IMG/VR virus record: IMGVR_UViG_3300017991_000090
Coordinates: 20,745-84,744 of that record
DNA length: 64,000 nucleotides
DNA from: a virus
Reading direction: 5' to 3' (one strand)
Shown here: in pieces, positions 9,455-18,490 of the stretch
Position numbering within the stretch: the stretch's first letter is position 1
Layout of the letters: the number at the start of each line of letters is the position of its first letter
Notes under the pieces: model-generated
Told to the model about the DNA's origin: nothing
The model's database searches: none
The model's input: only the letters and a program-made list of their open reading frames with translations
Program-made: the position numbers and the translations under genes

Positions 9455-9851
9455 AAGTACATGCTAAAGATTGAAATAACGCATCCATTTACTCCTGGCT
9501 GAGTGACTGATTGTCTGGTCGTAACATCTGCAGCTTAGCGGGCGCAGCCGGCGGTGCTGCCGATGTTAGCGACAAAGACATAAAGTCAACGAAGCGTGGT
9601 GTAAATGGCATCCGTTTATTAGCCAATATCAGCAAACCGTACATCTGGCGCATCGCCTCCAAGGGGGTGGTGGGCGCCAAGAGAAGCGCAAACATCAATC
9701 CGGCTCCAGCCGGAATTGATGGAAGGGCTTCTATATTGGCGCCGTCCAACCCTCCTGGAGGCGTAGCTCCGGATGTGTGGTTTGCGCCAATATTTGCGAT
9801 CTGCTTTTATTTGGTAACACTGAAGAAGCTTCAGCTTATCCCCGTGTACTT
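9455..9851 (-). ncRNA. Retron-like msr-msd RNA, unit 5
   Basis: IR aagtacatg (9455-9463) / cgtgtactt (9843-9851), one mismatch. G at 9842. Stem CUGAAG-CUU-CUUCAG at 9820-9834. Hairpins at 9475-9620 and 9625-9794. Confidence 0.7.
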
Positions 9852-10888
9852 TAATTTCCTTCTTTATCTAATAATGTTTCTGAGCCCTTCTTCTGGGCTG
9901 ATTCAGTTACTTCTTGCTGTGGCTTGTCAGCATCGGTAGCAAAATTTTCTGCAATTGATTTCTCATCCTGCTGGTCAAGCGGTACAGCTTCCTCGTCTGG
10001 ATTTACTTCCAGCAACTTTTGCTCAAGGTCGCCTATATCAAGCATTGACCCAGTACCGCCACCGCCTTCTATTCTGGCTTGGTCGACCTGGAATTTTAAT
10101 CCACGCTTAATAGGCTCCATTACGAGCTGTATGAAATCCGGTGTAGGTATCAGGTCTGTTATGAAAACATCCCTTCCTCCGGATTTAATCTTTTTATGAA
10201 TTAAGTATAACTTGGCTCCAAAAAAGCCATCAAATTTTAACGATTTGTTCGCCTCTCGTTCTTTTATGGAATGTGCAACGCGCAACAGGTTCCATAATTG
10301 AGAGATAGAAGATTCAATACCCAAAATGGTATTAATCGATCGTGTCTCAAACCTGTATGGATTTGGTGTCATGTCAATAACCGGAAAGCACTTCATAAAT
10401 CCAATCTCTTTACACTTCTTAGATTGAAAATCAGGACAATCCTTATAAAGACATTTTCTTTCTGTCCATTCACGGTCTCCATCAGGAGTGAATTTCAAAA
10501 ACTTAGCCGTATCATTCAAGCCTTGGCTCTGACACAAAAGGCCTTCAGAAGATGAATACATAGCCAGCTTACTTTCCCACATCTCTTGAGGTGTTTGGTA
10601 CAAGCTGACAATTTCAACCCGCCGCGGCGTTTTGCTGTCAAGAGTTGTTTCAAGCGCTTTTTGAACTGTTTCATTTAGAACCCAGTCTTTTATAACGACC
10701 TGCTCTTGTGAACTTCCAACCCTTTTTGTCTGGGTAACTTCCTTCAACATACGGAAGAAACCAGCAGCTTTGGGCGCATTCTTTTTATTAGGGCCTTCGT
10801 TTGGTGCATACCCTGTTGAAATCTTTCCTCTATATTTTATTATCATATGAGGAACGCCAGCATCGTCGTGAGTTAATCCTTTTATCAT
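9851..10888 (-). CDS. Putative recombination-associated protein (Gp3/recombination-directionality-factor-like)
   Basis: MIKGL...GKISTG...GFFR N-terminus, a Cys cluster and an acidic tail recall this family; lies in the replication module. Confidence 0.45.
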   Translation of the reverse strand: MIKGLTHDDAGVPHMIIKYRGKISTGYAPNEGPNKKNAPKAAGFFRMLKEVTQTKRVGSSQEQVVIKDWVLNETVQKALETTLDSKTPRRVEIVSLYQTPQEMWESKLAMYSSSEGLLCQSQGLNDTAKFLKFTPDGDREWTERKCLYKDCPDFQSKKCKEIGFMKCFPVIDMTPNPYRFETRSINTILGIESSISQLWNLLRVAHSIKEREANKSLKFDGFFGAKLYLIHKKIKSGGRDVFITDLIPTPDFIQLVMEPIKRGLKFQVDQARIEGGGGTGSMLDIGDLEQKLLEVNPDEEAVPLDQQDEKSIAENFATDADKPQQEVTESAQKKGSETLLDKEGN

Positions 10889-10909
10889 TATTCCTCCTTC
10901 ACAAAAGAG

Positions 10910-11668
10910 TTAAAAATCTTCTGTTTTAGAGTCGAGTCCAGGAGTCTCCTGCGATGCCTTTTCTCCTTCAGCGACAGCTTTATTAGCCATCTCTTCAGCA
11001 TCAATGTTGCCAGTTTCATTAACGGCTGTGCTGTAATCGAGGTCAGACGGGTCTGACTCTTTTGCTTCAGGTTCTTTCTTTGGTTCATTTGACACTGACT
11101 TGTCATTTGCCGCTGCTGGCACAATTGTATCAACCCGCAATTTCGGCTGATTGTTGTACCAGTCATCTACAACCTTAACCATGACCTCCTTCTTCATGTT
11201 GTGGTCTCTTACAAGCGTCATGCTTTCGCCCTCACGCTTGAATTCGGGAGTCAGGTTTTCTACGAGCCATTGCGGCTCCATACGGATTTCTTCATGGCCA
11301 AGCATAGCAACCAGTTTCGGCTTCGCCATCCTGGCCATGGTCTGTATAGTTTCTTTCTTCGCACCGGGAGCTGGTGCCATATTAATGTTGAAGAACATCA
11401 ACGAGCCTTTCGGCACAAGCGGCGTTCCGTCAACGACCCGTAAGGGTACAACAAGTTGCAGTACACCCTTCTGAGAGCTTTTGTCAAAACAAGGAAACTG
11501 TTTTGCCTCATTGTCCTTGACATAGCCAAAGGTGTCTACTTTCATCCGGTATGTTCCGGAAACTCCTACATATAGCCTCTCATGGGAACTTGCGTTATCC
11601 ATAGAGCTTTGAGCCTCTTGGCTCGTCTGTTCGTTTAGAAAATCCTTTACCAGATTCTCACCACTCAT
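10910..11668 (-). CDS. Putative single-stranded DNA-binding protein
   Basis: Beta-rich core, long acidic disordered tail ending EDF, near the primase-helicase. Confidence 0.5.
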   Translation of the reverse strand: MSGENLVKDFLNEQTSQEAQSSMDNASSHERLYVGVSGTYRMKVDTFGYVKDNEAKQFPCFDKSSQKGVLQLVVPLRVVDGTPLVPKGSLMFFNINMAPAPGAKKETIQTMARMAKPKLVAMLGHEEIRMEPQWLVENLTPEFKREGESMTLVRDHNMKKEVMVKVVDDWYNNQPKLRVDTIVPAAANDKSVSNEPKKEPEAKESDPSDLDYSTAVNETGNIDAEEMANKAVAEGEKASQETPGLDSKTEDF

Positions 11669-11732
11669 CAGTTACCTCCTGAAAGTTAATATGTACATAA
11701 TAGTTATTACATAAAACATATTCAAAATCACA

Positions 11733-12428
11733 TTAGAAAGGGAGGTCATCTGCCCAATTAGGGTCGTCGTCATGCTCCACAACACTGTCGATGTTGTCAT
11801 ATTCGGCAAGAGCTGCTCTGACATCACCGGGCGTTACAACGTCGAACTCCCAGTCTAAATAAGTAATGTGTACAGGTTCAACTATTCGATTATTGTAGTC
11901 ACGATTCCACATCCCGTATTCAATTGTAATCGGGTGCATTTCAAATGATACCTGCACAGGATTAAAGCACTTGAATTTATCAAGTATATCCTGCGGTATC
12001 GGTTCAGGGTGAATTAATTTATCGACAGCCTTCTCAGACAACTGCAGCTTATTCATCATATAACGCTCCAACCAATCCTTTTTAGGATTGACGCGGAATA
12101 TTGAATGCAGGTACATAAACTGCAATAATTCAGGGTCGTTGTCTAAAAACATGTCCAATATTTTTTCTCTATCGTCGTTGACACGGTTAAACACCTTAAG
12201 GAGGTGCTTATACTGTACTGACGAATTTTTTATACGTTTGCACCATTTCATTTCGATAAAGTATTCCAAACATTCCTGGGTGTACTTTGCATCAAGACTG
12301 TCCCAATCAACCCGCTTCTTGTGCATCAGAATGTTCGTCACTCGACAAATGGTCTTCGAGTTTCTTAATGACATCAGCATCCGATTCATGCTGTGTAATT
12401 TCGAGTATATCCGAGAGTTCTCTTTCAT
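11733..12428 (-). CDS. Hypothetical protein with SSB-like C-terminal tip (WADDLPF)
   Basis: 231 aa ORF; start uncertain because it overlaps the upstream gene by 122 nt. Confidence 0.6.
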   Translation of the reverse strand: MKENSRIYSKLHSMNRMLMSLRNSKTICRVTNILMHKKRVDWDSLDAKYTQECLEYFIEMKWCKRIKNSSVQYKHLLKVFNRVNDDREKILDMFLDNDPELLQFMYLHSIFRVNPKKDWLERYMMNKLQLSEKAVDKLIHPEPIPQDILDKFKCFNPVQVSFEMHPITIEYGMWNRDYNNRIVEPVHITYLDWEFDVVTPGDVRAALAEYDNIDSVVEHDDDPNWADDLPF

Positions 12429-15400
12429 CTTTGTTTGCTACCATGTCAGACAACCACTCATTAAATGCTGGTGTTTTACGATAAGTCGACTTGGCCCTGA
12501 CAAGGCACCTCCTTATGATTAAAGTGTTAATAAGTTTTTGAGTTCCGATGTTTACAGGCATCCCTGTCGACTTAAAATCATCGTTTGACGCATCGACCAT
12601 TAATAGTTCGCGGTCATACACCCTTTGTAAATAATCACAGAACAGTTGCTGTAAAGATTTGTCCGTAAACTCTTCTTCCAGCAATAAAGACCTGGGGTTG
12701 ATATACTTGATGATATTTTCCATAAACCTCATATCGCCAAGAGATTCCAAATCCTTCTGCTGCTCCGAATATATGTCAAGCTGCATATTTGGATGGCAGT
12801 ACAGCTTAATTAATAAATTCATTACAAATTCAATGTGTTCCTTTTTTACTAATACCTTATTCCAGTCATCATCTGGTGTAGAGTACATCATTGCTGCTAC
12901 AGAAGTCCCCATCCTCGTCAGCTTGAGCCGTGTTTCATGGTTAATAAGCTGGGTGTTGGTGTGGAACTTATTCAGCAATTTTTTCTGGCAAGAGTTGATA
13001 TATTTTTCTATACCCTCTTCATAGACCACTTCTTTTGGAGAGCGTGAGTGCGTCCACATCAGAAGGTACCTTGATTGAAACTCCGTAAACTCGGTGAGCA
13101 GCGGAGTATATATCGGCGTGAACGAGTCGTCTTTTATATCGCTCTGCTTCACAATCCATGCTACATCGAACCGCGAAAGGATCTCATCCTTAAAGCAAAG
13201 GTGTTTTAGAAACCTGACCCCGTTACCGAACGACGCAGCTTTATCAGACGTCCATGCCCGGGGGTTTGATAGGAAAATCTTCCTTACCCGTGCAGGAGCC
13301 TTCTTGCAACCAGCCACAGTGGTTACATCAGCTATTCCAGAAGAACGAAGAGATGTTATCCCATTCAGCGCGTCCTGATTTATATTACTTAATTCATCGA
13401 TAACGACTACGCCGCCATCATTCATAACCATCTTCCCCCATGAAACAACCGGTTTATTCTTGGTATATTTTATACCACCCAATAGCCCTGCCCTGGTAAC
13501 AGCGCTCGAACCGGCAATCAGGTCTCCAACCTTATAGTGATTCATTAGGAATTGACTTATCATAGTTTTACAACATCGTGATTCCCCGCCTATTAATACT
13601 TCAACCCATCCTCTTTTAAGAGAAGGGAACAGGGTCTTGTTATCCAATTCGAGCTGTGAGAAGAATGCCAGGTCGTTAAGAAGAAACATCTCCCTCCTTC
13701 CATTGACACCGGCTGCCTGGGCAAATATATCATATCTGCGTTCAAGAGCCTGCTCAACAGTCTCACCTTCTTTTGGTCTGAACACTTTCAATATGTCATG
13801 TGTTTCCTGGTCCATTACAAAATTTTCGGTCGAGGTTGCTATTGGTTCAGCTTTATGGGCAAAAAGCACAGCCCTGGAATCGTTTGGCGCCCGTGTTTGA
13901 ACGCCTTTGAATTTATACGACCTGTTCGGGTAAACGTCCATATCTCCAACAATGTAAGCGTCCATTTCTATAGCAGAGCTTTCCATAGCCTTACTCAAGA
14001 TACCCTCTCCATACTCAGACACATCCCTTGTCAAGCGTACACGTAACAGCTTTTCAAATGTTTTGTTGGTAATGCTGACAAAGTTACAACTCGGATTTAT
14101 TCCGGCCAGCTTTTTAATGTACATATCACGCTTATCGTCAGACACTTCTATCATACTCAGAATGTCGTGGGTGTTTATTTTAATACACCCGAGATTGTTA
14201 TAATGCTCTTTTGGTATATTGCCATTTACCAACACAAACTCTATCTCAGGAGACTCTCTAAATTCTGGAAAGCTTGGCAGCACACACTTCTTACACGATG
14301 CGTACAATGTACTTGAAGGGCACCCAGTATGTTTACAGCTCATAGACAGCTCTTCCGGATAAAGATATGCTGCGTCAATAAAGTCACCAACAGACGCAAC
14401 CATTTCAAGAATTTTGCTGTCATCATGTGACGAATACCTCGGCAGCCTCGACTCCTGAAGAGTAACCTTGTATAGCTCTGTTTTGACACGTTCTACATTT
14501 TCAGTATAAACCGGAGTGTTCTTAACAAGAGAAAGAAACCTCTGAGTAGCGAGTTCGTCGAATCCATTCTTCTCCATAAAATCAGTGAAGTCCTTCTCCG
14601 CACGTTTCATCTTCTTGTTACCCTTGGCGTTGGTAACCTCCACCATCTTCTCCGGGTCAAGCCCGAACGGGTTGTCCTTAGATTTATCGAGGTTGACAAT
14701 CTTAATCTGTTTTGCGTAAGGATACAGTGACTTGGCAAGCTTCTTCGCCCCGGCAATACCGGTTTCATCGGAGTCCAGGCATATGATAATCTCTTTGTCG
14801 GTAAACAGCTGTCGCGCTTTTTTCTCACCGAACACCTTAACGACGTCGGTATTACGCTCGGCACCCATAGTCACAGCACCTTCGATGCCGTGGGCGATGC
14901 CGCAGTACATGTCCGGCTCACCGCCGAAGAACATAATCTGGCTCTTGGTGAAGTTGTTCATGGGCGATGGGAGTATCTCCCGGCCCTTGTGCAGGAACAG
15001 CCATTTAAAGGCTCTATTCGTATTGAAGGGATCATACACCTTCAGATTTATCAGGTCGCCGTCAGCGTGTATCATTGGGAAAATATACCTGCGCCGGCCA
15101 TCCAGGCCGATGCGGAAGTTCCTGACCATATCCTCATCGATACGCCTTTTATCATACAGGTAGGAGAGCCTGTCAGGGTCGTTCAAGAGATTGTTGACGT
15201 ATCCATCCAGTTCTTCCATCGGAAGTGATGAGACAGCCTTCGCTTCCTGTGCAAGCTGTTCTGAAAGAACAAACGGCTTACCCTTGGCTGTTTTATGCTT
15301 TTTCTGGCATTTTGAATACAGCTCATATAACTGCTGATTCCATTCATCCTCACCGTCATTAAATGTGGTTGAGAACCGTATACCGGTTTGTGACTCGTTA

Positions 15401-15732
15401 ATACTGAGAAAGTCAATAAGAAAATCGGAGTAGTGATCACCCCACTGGCTTGTTCCTTTAAGATATTCAGTCCAGTATTTCTGGAAGTTCCCCTTCTCTC
15501 CGCATGTATGGCAATAGTACTGCCCAGTGTCGTTGTTTACTGACATGGAGGCGTGTGAATCGACCCCCTGAGAATGCGCTCCAGCGTTGATACAGCGGAA
15601 GTTTTTGTTCGCGTCCTGATACCATCCGAGGCGTTTATATATCTCGTGATAATCGCCCGACATCAGCATTTCGGCAGTTGCAAATAAAATTTTCAAATCT
15701 GCCTTTTTTAACTTATATTTATTGTTGGACAA
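12307..15732 (-). CDS. Primase-helicase fusion: Zn finger + TOPRIM primase + MCM-like AAA+ helicase
   Basis: C..H/CHTC Zn finger; GGEPD, CLDSDETG and KDFTD TOPRIM motifs; GESRCCKT Walker A, TRAGLLGG, VVIDE Walker B, LSRFD arginine finger. Confidence 0.85.
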   Translation of the reverse strand: MSNNKYKLKKADLKILFATAEMLMSGDYHEIYKRLGWYQDANKNFRCINAGAHSQGVDSHASMSVNNDTGQYYCHTCGEKGNFQKYWTEYLKGTSQWGDHYSDFLIDFLSINESQTGIRFSTTFNDGEDEWNQQLYELYSKCQKKHKTAKGKPFVLSEQLAQEAKAVSSLPMEELDGYVNNLLNDPDRLSYLYDKRRIDEDMVRNFRIGLDGRRRYIFPMIHADGDLINLKVYDPFNTNRAFKWLFLHKGREILPSPMNNFTKSQIMFFGGEPDMYCGIAHGIEGAVTMGAERNTDVVKVFGEKKARQLFTDKEIIICLDSDETGIAGAKKLAKSLYPYAKQIKIVNLDKSKDNPFGLDPEKMVEVTNAKGNKKMKRAEKDFTDFMEKNGFDELATQRFLSLVKNTPVYTENVERVKTELYKVTLQESRLPRYSSHDDSKILEMVASVGDFIDAAYLYPEELSMSCKHTGCPSSTLYASCKKCVLPSFPEFRESPEIEFVLVNGNIPKEHYNNLGCIKINTHDILSMIEVSDDKRDMYIKKLAGINPSCNFVSITNKTFEKLLRVRLTRDVSEYGEGILSKAMESSAIEMDAYIVGDMDVYPNRSYKFKGVQTRAPNDSRAVLFAHKAEPIATSTENFVMDQETHDILKVFRPKEGETVEQALERRYDIFAQAAGVNGRREMFLLNDLAFFSQLELDNKTLFPSLKRGWVEVLIGGESRCCKTMISQFLMNHYKVGDLIAGSSAVTRAGLLGGIKYTKNKPVVSWGKMVMNDGGVVVIDELSNINQDALNGITSLRSSGIADVTTVAGCKKAPARVRKIFLSNPRAWTSDKAASFGNGVRFLKHLCFKDEILSRFDVAWIVKQSDIKDDSFTPIYTPLLTEFTEFQSRYLLMWTHSRSPKEVVYEEGIEKYINSCQKKLLNKFHTNTQLINHETRLKLTRMGTSVAAMMYSTPDDDWNKVLVKKEHIEFVMNLLIKLYCHPNMQLDIYSEQQKDLESLGDMRFMENIIKYINPRSLLLEEEFTDKSLQQLFCDYLQRVYDRELLMVDASNDDFKSTGMPVNIGTQKLINTLIIRRCLVRAKSTYRKTPAFNEWLSDMVANKDERELSDILEITQHESDADVIKKLEDHLSSDEHSDAQEAG

Positions 15733-15771
15733 TGTTCCTCCTTTTTTGAGACAAAAATGGACAGAAATGTA

Positions 15772-15803
15772 AAGGGCTCTTGCTGTTTCGGCAGGAGCCC
15801 TTT
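15772..15803. terminator. Hairpin, probable bidirectional terminator
   Basis: aagggctcttgc-tgtttcg-gcaggagccctt with short A/T flanks. Confidence 0.45.
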
Positions 15804-15812
15804 AATAGTTAT

Positions 15813-16118
15813 TTACGGCGTTTTGTTTTCTTCGCTGGCTATATCTGTTAAAGACGGTGAATCTTTTTTCTCTTCTTCTTCAACAATCTCTTCAGCCTTT
15901 CCATCTGACAACTTAATAGTTCGCATCATGGTAGGCTTGACCATTATGTTGTTGCTTCTCATCTTATCTACGATGAAACTTCCAATACATTTTTCGCCAA
16001 TAAATAGGCCTACTTCGGACCTGTCTCCGAAGCCTGGAATCTCGCGCATCATCAGGTCGATGCCATTTGCTAATTTGTGAGTATGAACGTGATTGCCCTG
16101 CATGAGCCACCCTTTCAT
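15813..16118 (-). CDS. Hypothetical protein
   Basis: 101 aa ORF with acidic tail. Confidence 0.55.
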   Translation of the reverse strand: MKGWLMQGNHVHTHKLANGIDLMMREIPGFGDRSEVGLFIGEKCIGSFIVDKMRSNNIMVKPTMMRTIKLSDGKAEEIVEEEEKKDSPSLTDIASEENKTP

Positions 16119-16213
16119 GGAAAAAATTAATAAACTTGGTAATTAACAATCTACAGCTTTGGAGCGAGAAAGTCAAATACAATATGTAAAAAGTAGACCA
16201 CAACATGTAGAGA

Positions 16214-16750
16214 TTATTCTACCTTTAGACCCTTTAGTCCCATATGTTGTATCATGTGTATGAGCACTTCCGCATTCCCTTGTGCATCGTGAACCGGGTT
16301 ATGATCGTGAGGTGTCTTCCGGAGCTTCTTAAATTCTCTATTTCGAAAATCGTTCTTTTGGCCCCGGAAAATGTCCTGAAGGTTGCGAGATGTATGCCCA
16401 AACGGGTCTTCACCGTAAAAGTGCATGCAATACCAATGCACGAACATATAGTCAAACCCGTTATTGTCTGAAAAGAACATGGGCCTTGTATTAGGTGTGT
16501 TGGTATTGTTCACCCAATCAATGAACATTCCAATGCCATCACAAGCAGAGTGCTCAAAGGCAAAAGTGTTCCGTCTTGAATAGCCTGTGACATTCAACGC
16601 CTCTTGCACAAAATGATGAGATATTGGTCTCATCTGAATTCGAAATGTCACATCCAGCTTAGCTGTTAATTTTACAGCACCTATCTCTATCATGCTGTAG
16701 TCTCCCGGTATTGGGCCATCTGCTTCGATATCAACTATGTAAGCGCTCAT
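16214..16750 (-). CDS. DEDDh 3'-5' exo(ribo)nuclease (Rv2179c-like)
   Basis: VDIEADG, NGFD and HNPVHDA motifs. Confidence 0.85.
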   Translation of the reverse strand: MSAYIVDIEADGPIPGDYSMIEIGAVKLTAKLDVTFRIQMRPISHHFVQEALNVTGYSRRNTFAFEHSACDGIGMFIDWVNNTNTPNTRPMFFSDNNGFDYMFVHWYCMHFYGEDPFGHTSRNLQDIFRGQKNDFRNREFKKLRKTPHDHNPVHDAQGNAEVLIHMIQHMGLKGLKVE

Positions 16751-16994
16751 TGATTCTCTTTTTCACCTCCATTTGATTAATAATATCATTAACGCAATCT
16801 ATTAAATTCCTACCATACACCATAGGATATTCCTCTGCCCTTTCAGAGTCAGTTGCGCTTAATCGGCATGTTACCCCTGCCTCAAGATATTGAACTCCTC
16901 CAGGAACCTTGTCCCTCCAGTTATCAAAACTGATTGTCATTTTATGAGCCTTGCACCACCGTATAGCCTGACTATTCCGTTTTATTTTAGCCAT
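16731..16994 (-). CDS. Hypothetical protein
   Basis: Start moved to ATG 16994 (GGAGGAG RBS). Confidence 0.55.
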   Translation of the reverse strand: MAKIKRNSQAIRWCKAHKMTISFDNWRDKVPGGVQYLEAGVTCRLSATDSERAEEYPMVYGRNLIDCVNDIINQMEVKKRINERLHS

Positions 16995-17275
16995 TATAAC
17001 TCCTCCAACGGAAACTGTGCGCCACACGTACCAACGATGCACTGAACAAAATCTCCAGTATCATCAATTGTAAATATATGTTCACATTTTTCACGCTTAA
17101 GCAAGCCATGCAGGTTGAAGTCATTAACACAGTCAGTAAGAAGCCCTATCCCTGTTTTCTCGGATACCAATGGTACGATATGGTTCGCCATTAAATCTCC
17201 GACTTGATCCATCGTTTCGTCACTAATATCATTCTCAGGAATGATGATAATAACTAAACTACTTTTTTTCATCAT
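16994..17275 (-). CDS. Small protein with C-terminal Zn-ribbon-like CxH...CxxxxC
   Basis: CEHIF...QCIVGTCG. Confidence 0.55.
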   Translation of the reverse strand: MMKKSSLVIIIIPENDISDETMDQVGDLMANHIVPLVSEKTGIGLLTDCVNDFNLHGLLKREKCEHIFTIDDTGDFVQCIVGTCGAQFPLEEL

Positions 17276-17606
17276 CCTCCTTCAATTTTGAAAAGAAATG
17301 GTTTTTAGTTTCATCGTTTAAGTCAGCTTTCGCAAATTTTTGCAGACAATGTACGCAAATCATACACGGTTTTTCAGCGCCATCAAACTCAACGAGTTCA
17401 TGCTCTTTCCTGGTGCATTTATGCGGGTTGTCCAGTAAGTCCTGTAAAGTCACAATAATTGGAAGCTTGACCTTTTCAGTCAGCTTTTTGGCAACTATGT
17501 TCACGGTATTATAAACAAGTTTCCACTCATCGATAGTCATTTGGAACGCAGTCGTTACAATTATCGACGGGTTGCTCATTTTTGGAATGTGTTTAAAATG
17601 TTCCAT
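17259..17606 (-). CDS. Hypothetical protein, possible Zn finger
   Basis: C...H...CVHC; AAGGAG RBS. Confidence 0.6.
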   Translation of the reverse strand: MEHFKHIPKMSNPSIIVTTAFQMTIDEWKLVYNTVNIVAKKLTEKVKLPIIVTLQDLLDNPHKCTRKEHELVEFDGAEKPCMICVHCLQKFAKADLNDETKNHFFSKLKEDDEKK

Positions 17607-17620
17607 AATTCTCCTTAGTT

Positions 17621-17647
17621 AAAAAAAAAGAGGGTCCGAAGACCCTC
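17621..17647 (-). terminator. Intrinsic terminator
   Basis: GAGGGTC-TTCG-GACCCTC followed by U9 on the minus strand. Confidence 0.8.
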
Positions 17648-17719
17648 CAATTCGTTGCTTACTTACCAGTAATACGTTTTATTAATATCCAGTAAGCGAA
17701 CATATTCACCACCTCCAAT

Positions 17720-18313
17720 TTATTGAACAACTACAGGAGCATTTTCTGATGGCGCCTCTTCTAAAGCTTTTTCTTTCTGGACATACTCTTTACGCCTCTG
17801 TCTCTTACTTGGGTAGTGCCTGTGTTCAAAGAAATGCTGTTGCTGAATTACAGCATTTACAATTCGTCCTTCAAAATTAAGGACCACAAGCTTACCGCCA
17901 CCTTCCATGGTTACGATAGCGGAGTTACCTGACCTGAGTGTGATTAGGCTATCAACCCAGCTTTTTTTGTATCCATAACCGGTACAAATTGCCTCTTGTT
18001 TGTGGCCGGTCTGGAACCATTTGCCTTTTACTTTGCTGACCTGTCGCTTAGTGTCAGCGATTGTTAAGATTCGCAATAATACCGTCGGACTTTTCCGATC
18101 GGCCTTGATTAATTTTGGCTTTTCTGACATTTGATCAATTGTGCAGAATGCGTCGTAAACTACTCCATCCTTGATGAGTGGTGGGTTGTCTTCGTCATAA
18201 AACAATTTAAACCCTTTGCATGATTCCCCGCTGGCCCCGAAAAATACGTGGCTTCCGTCGGTTAATTGCAGTCCTTTCTTCAGCTCTTGGTGAATGAGGC
18301 TATAACACTCCAT
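17720..18313 (-). CDS. Hypothetical protein (first gene of the leftward arm)
   Basis: 197 aa with AAGGAG RBS. Confidence 0.7.
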   Translation of the reverse strand: MECYSLIHQELKKGLQLTDGSHVFFGASGESCKGFKLFYDEDNPPLIKDGVVYDAFCTIDQMSEKPKLIKADRKSPTVLLRILTIADTKRQVSKVKGKWFQTGHKQEAICTGYGYKKSWVDSLITLRSGNSAIVTMEGGGKLVVLNFEGRIVNAVIQQQHFFEHRHYPSKRQRRKEYVQKEKALEEAPSENAPVVVQ

Positions 18314-18490
18314 CTTAAGTAACTCCTTTTTTTTAATGTTGAGGTGGGGAAATAAAAATTTTGGTTAAAAACTCTTCTATTATTGGTATACCAACTTTTT
18401 TAAAATAATCACATTTAGTGATTTGCTATAATAGTACATTAATGCTATATTTATTATGACACCCTTTTTTCAATTTATCAGAGAAGCGCC
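18314..18490. promoter_or_regulatory. Divergent AT-rich promoter region
   Basis: Strand switch point; contains TGCTATAAT (extended -10-like) at 18425-18433 and CTATATTT at 18445. Confidence 0.55.

Noticed and set aside
8610-9851. CRISPR array or tRNA cluster
   Set aside because: No regularly spaced direct repeats (only one 15-mer occurs twice), no cas operon, and no cloverleaf or T-loop/CCA patterns seen.
8610-9851. Replication origin or MITE-type inverted-repeat elements
   Set aside because: No iterons or target-site duplications seen. The shared G, G-UUU-C stem and AG signature match the RT-adjacent unit. An origin role is not formally excluded.
8596-9939. Short ORFs on both strands in the ORF track (61-142 aa)
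   Set aside because: They lack a convincing RBS and have atypical composition. They overlap on both strands and coincide with GC-rich hairpins; the structured-RNA explanation covers the whole gap.
15772-15803. Possible seventh unit (hairpin with TG-TTT-CG loop)
   Set aside because: The loop motif is on the plus strand, there is no flanking a1/a2 repeat or cargo hairpin, and the gap is only about 80 nt; better explained as a terminator.
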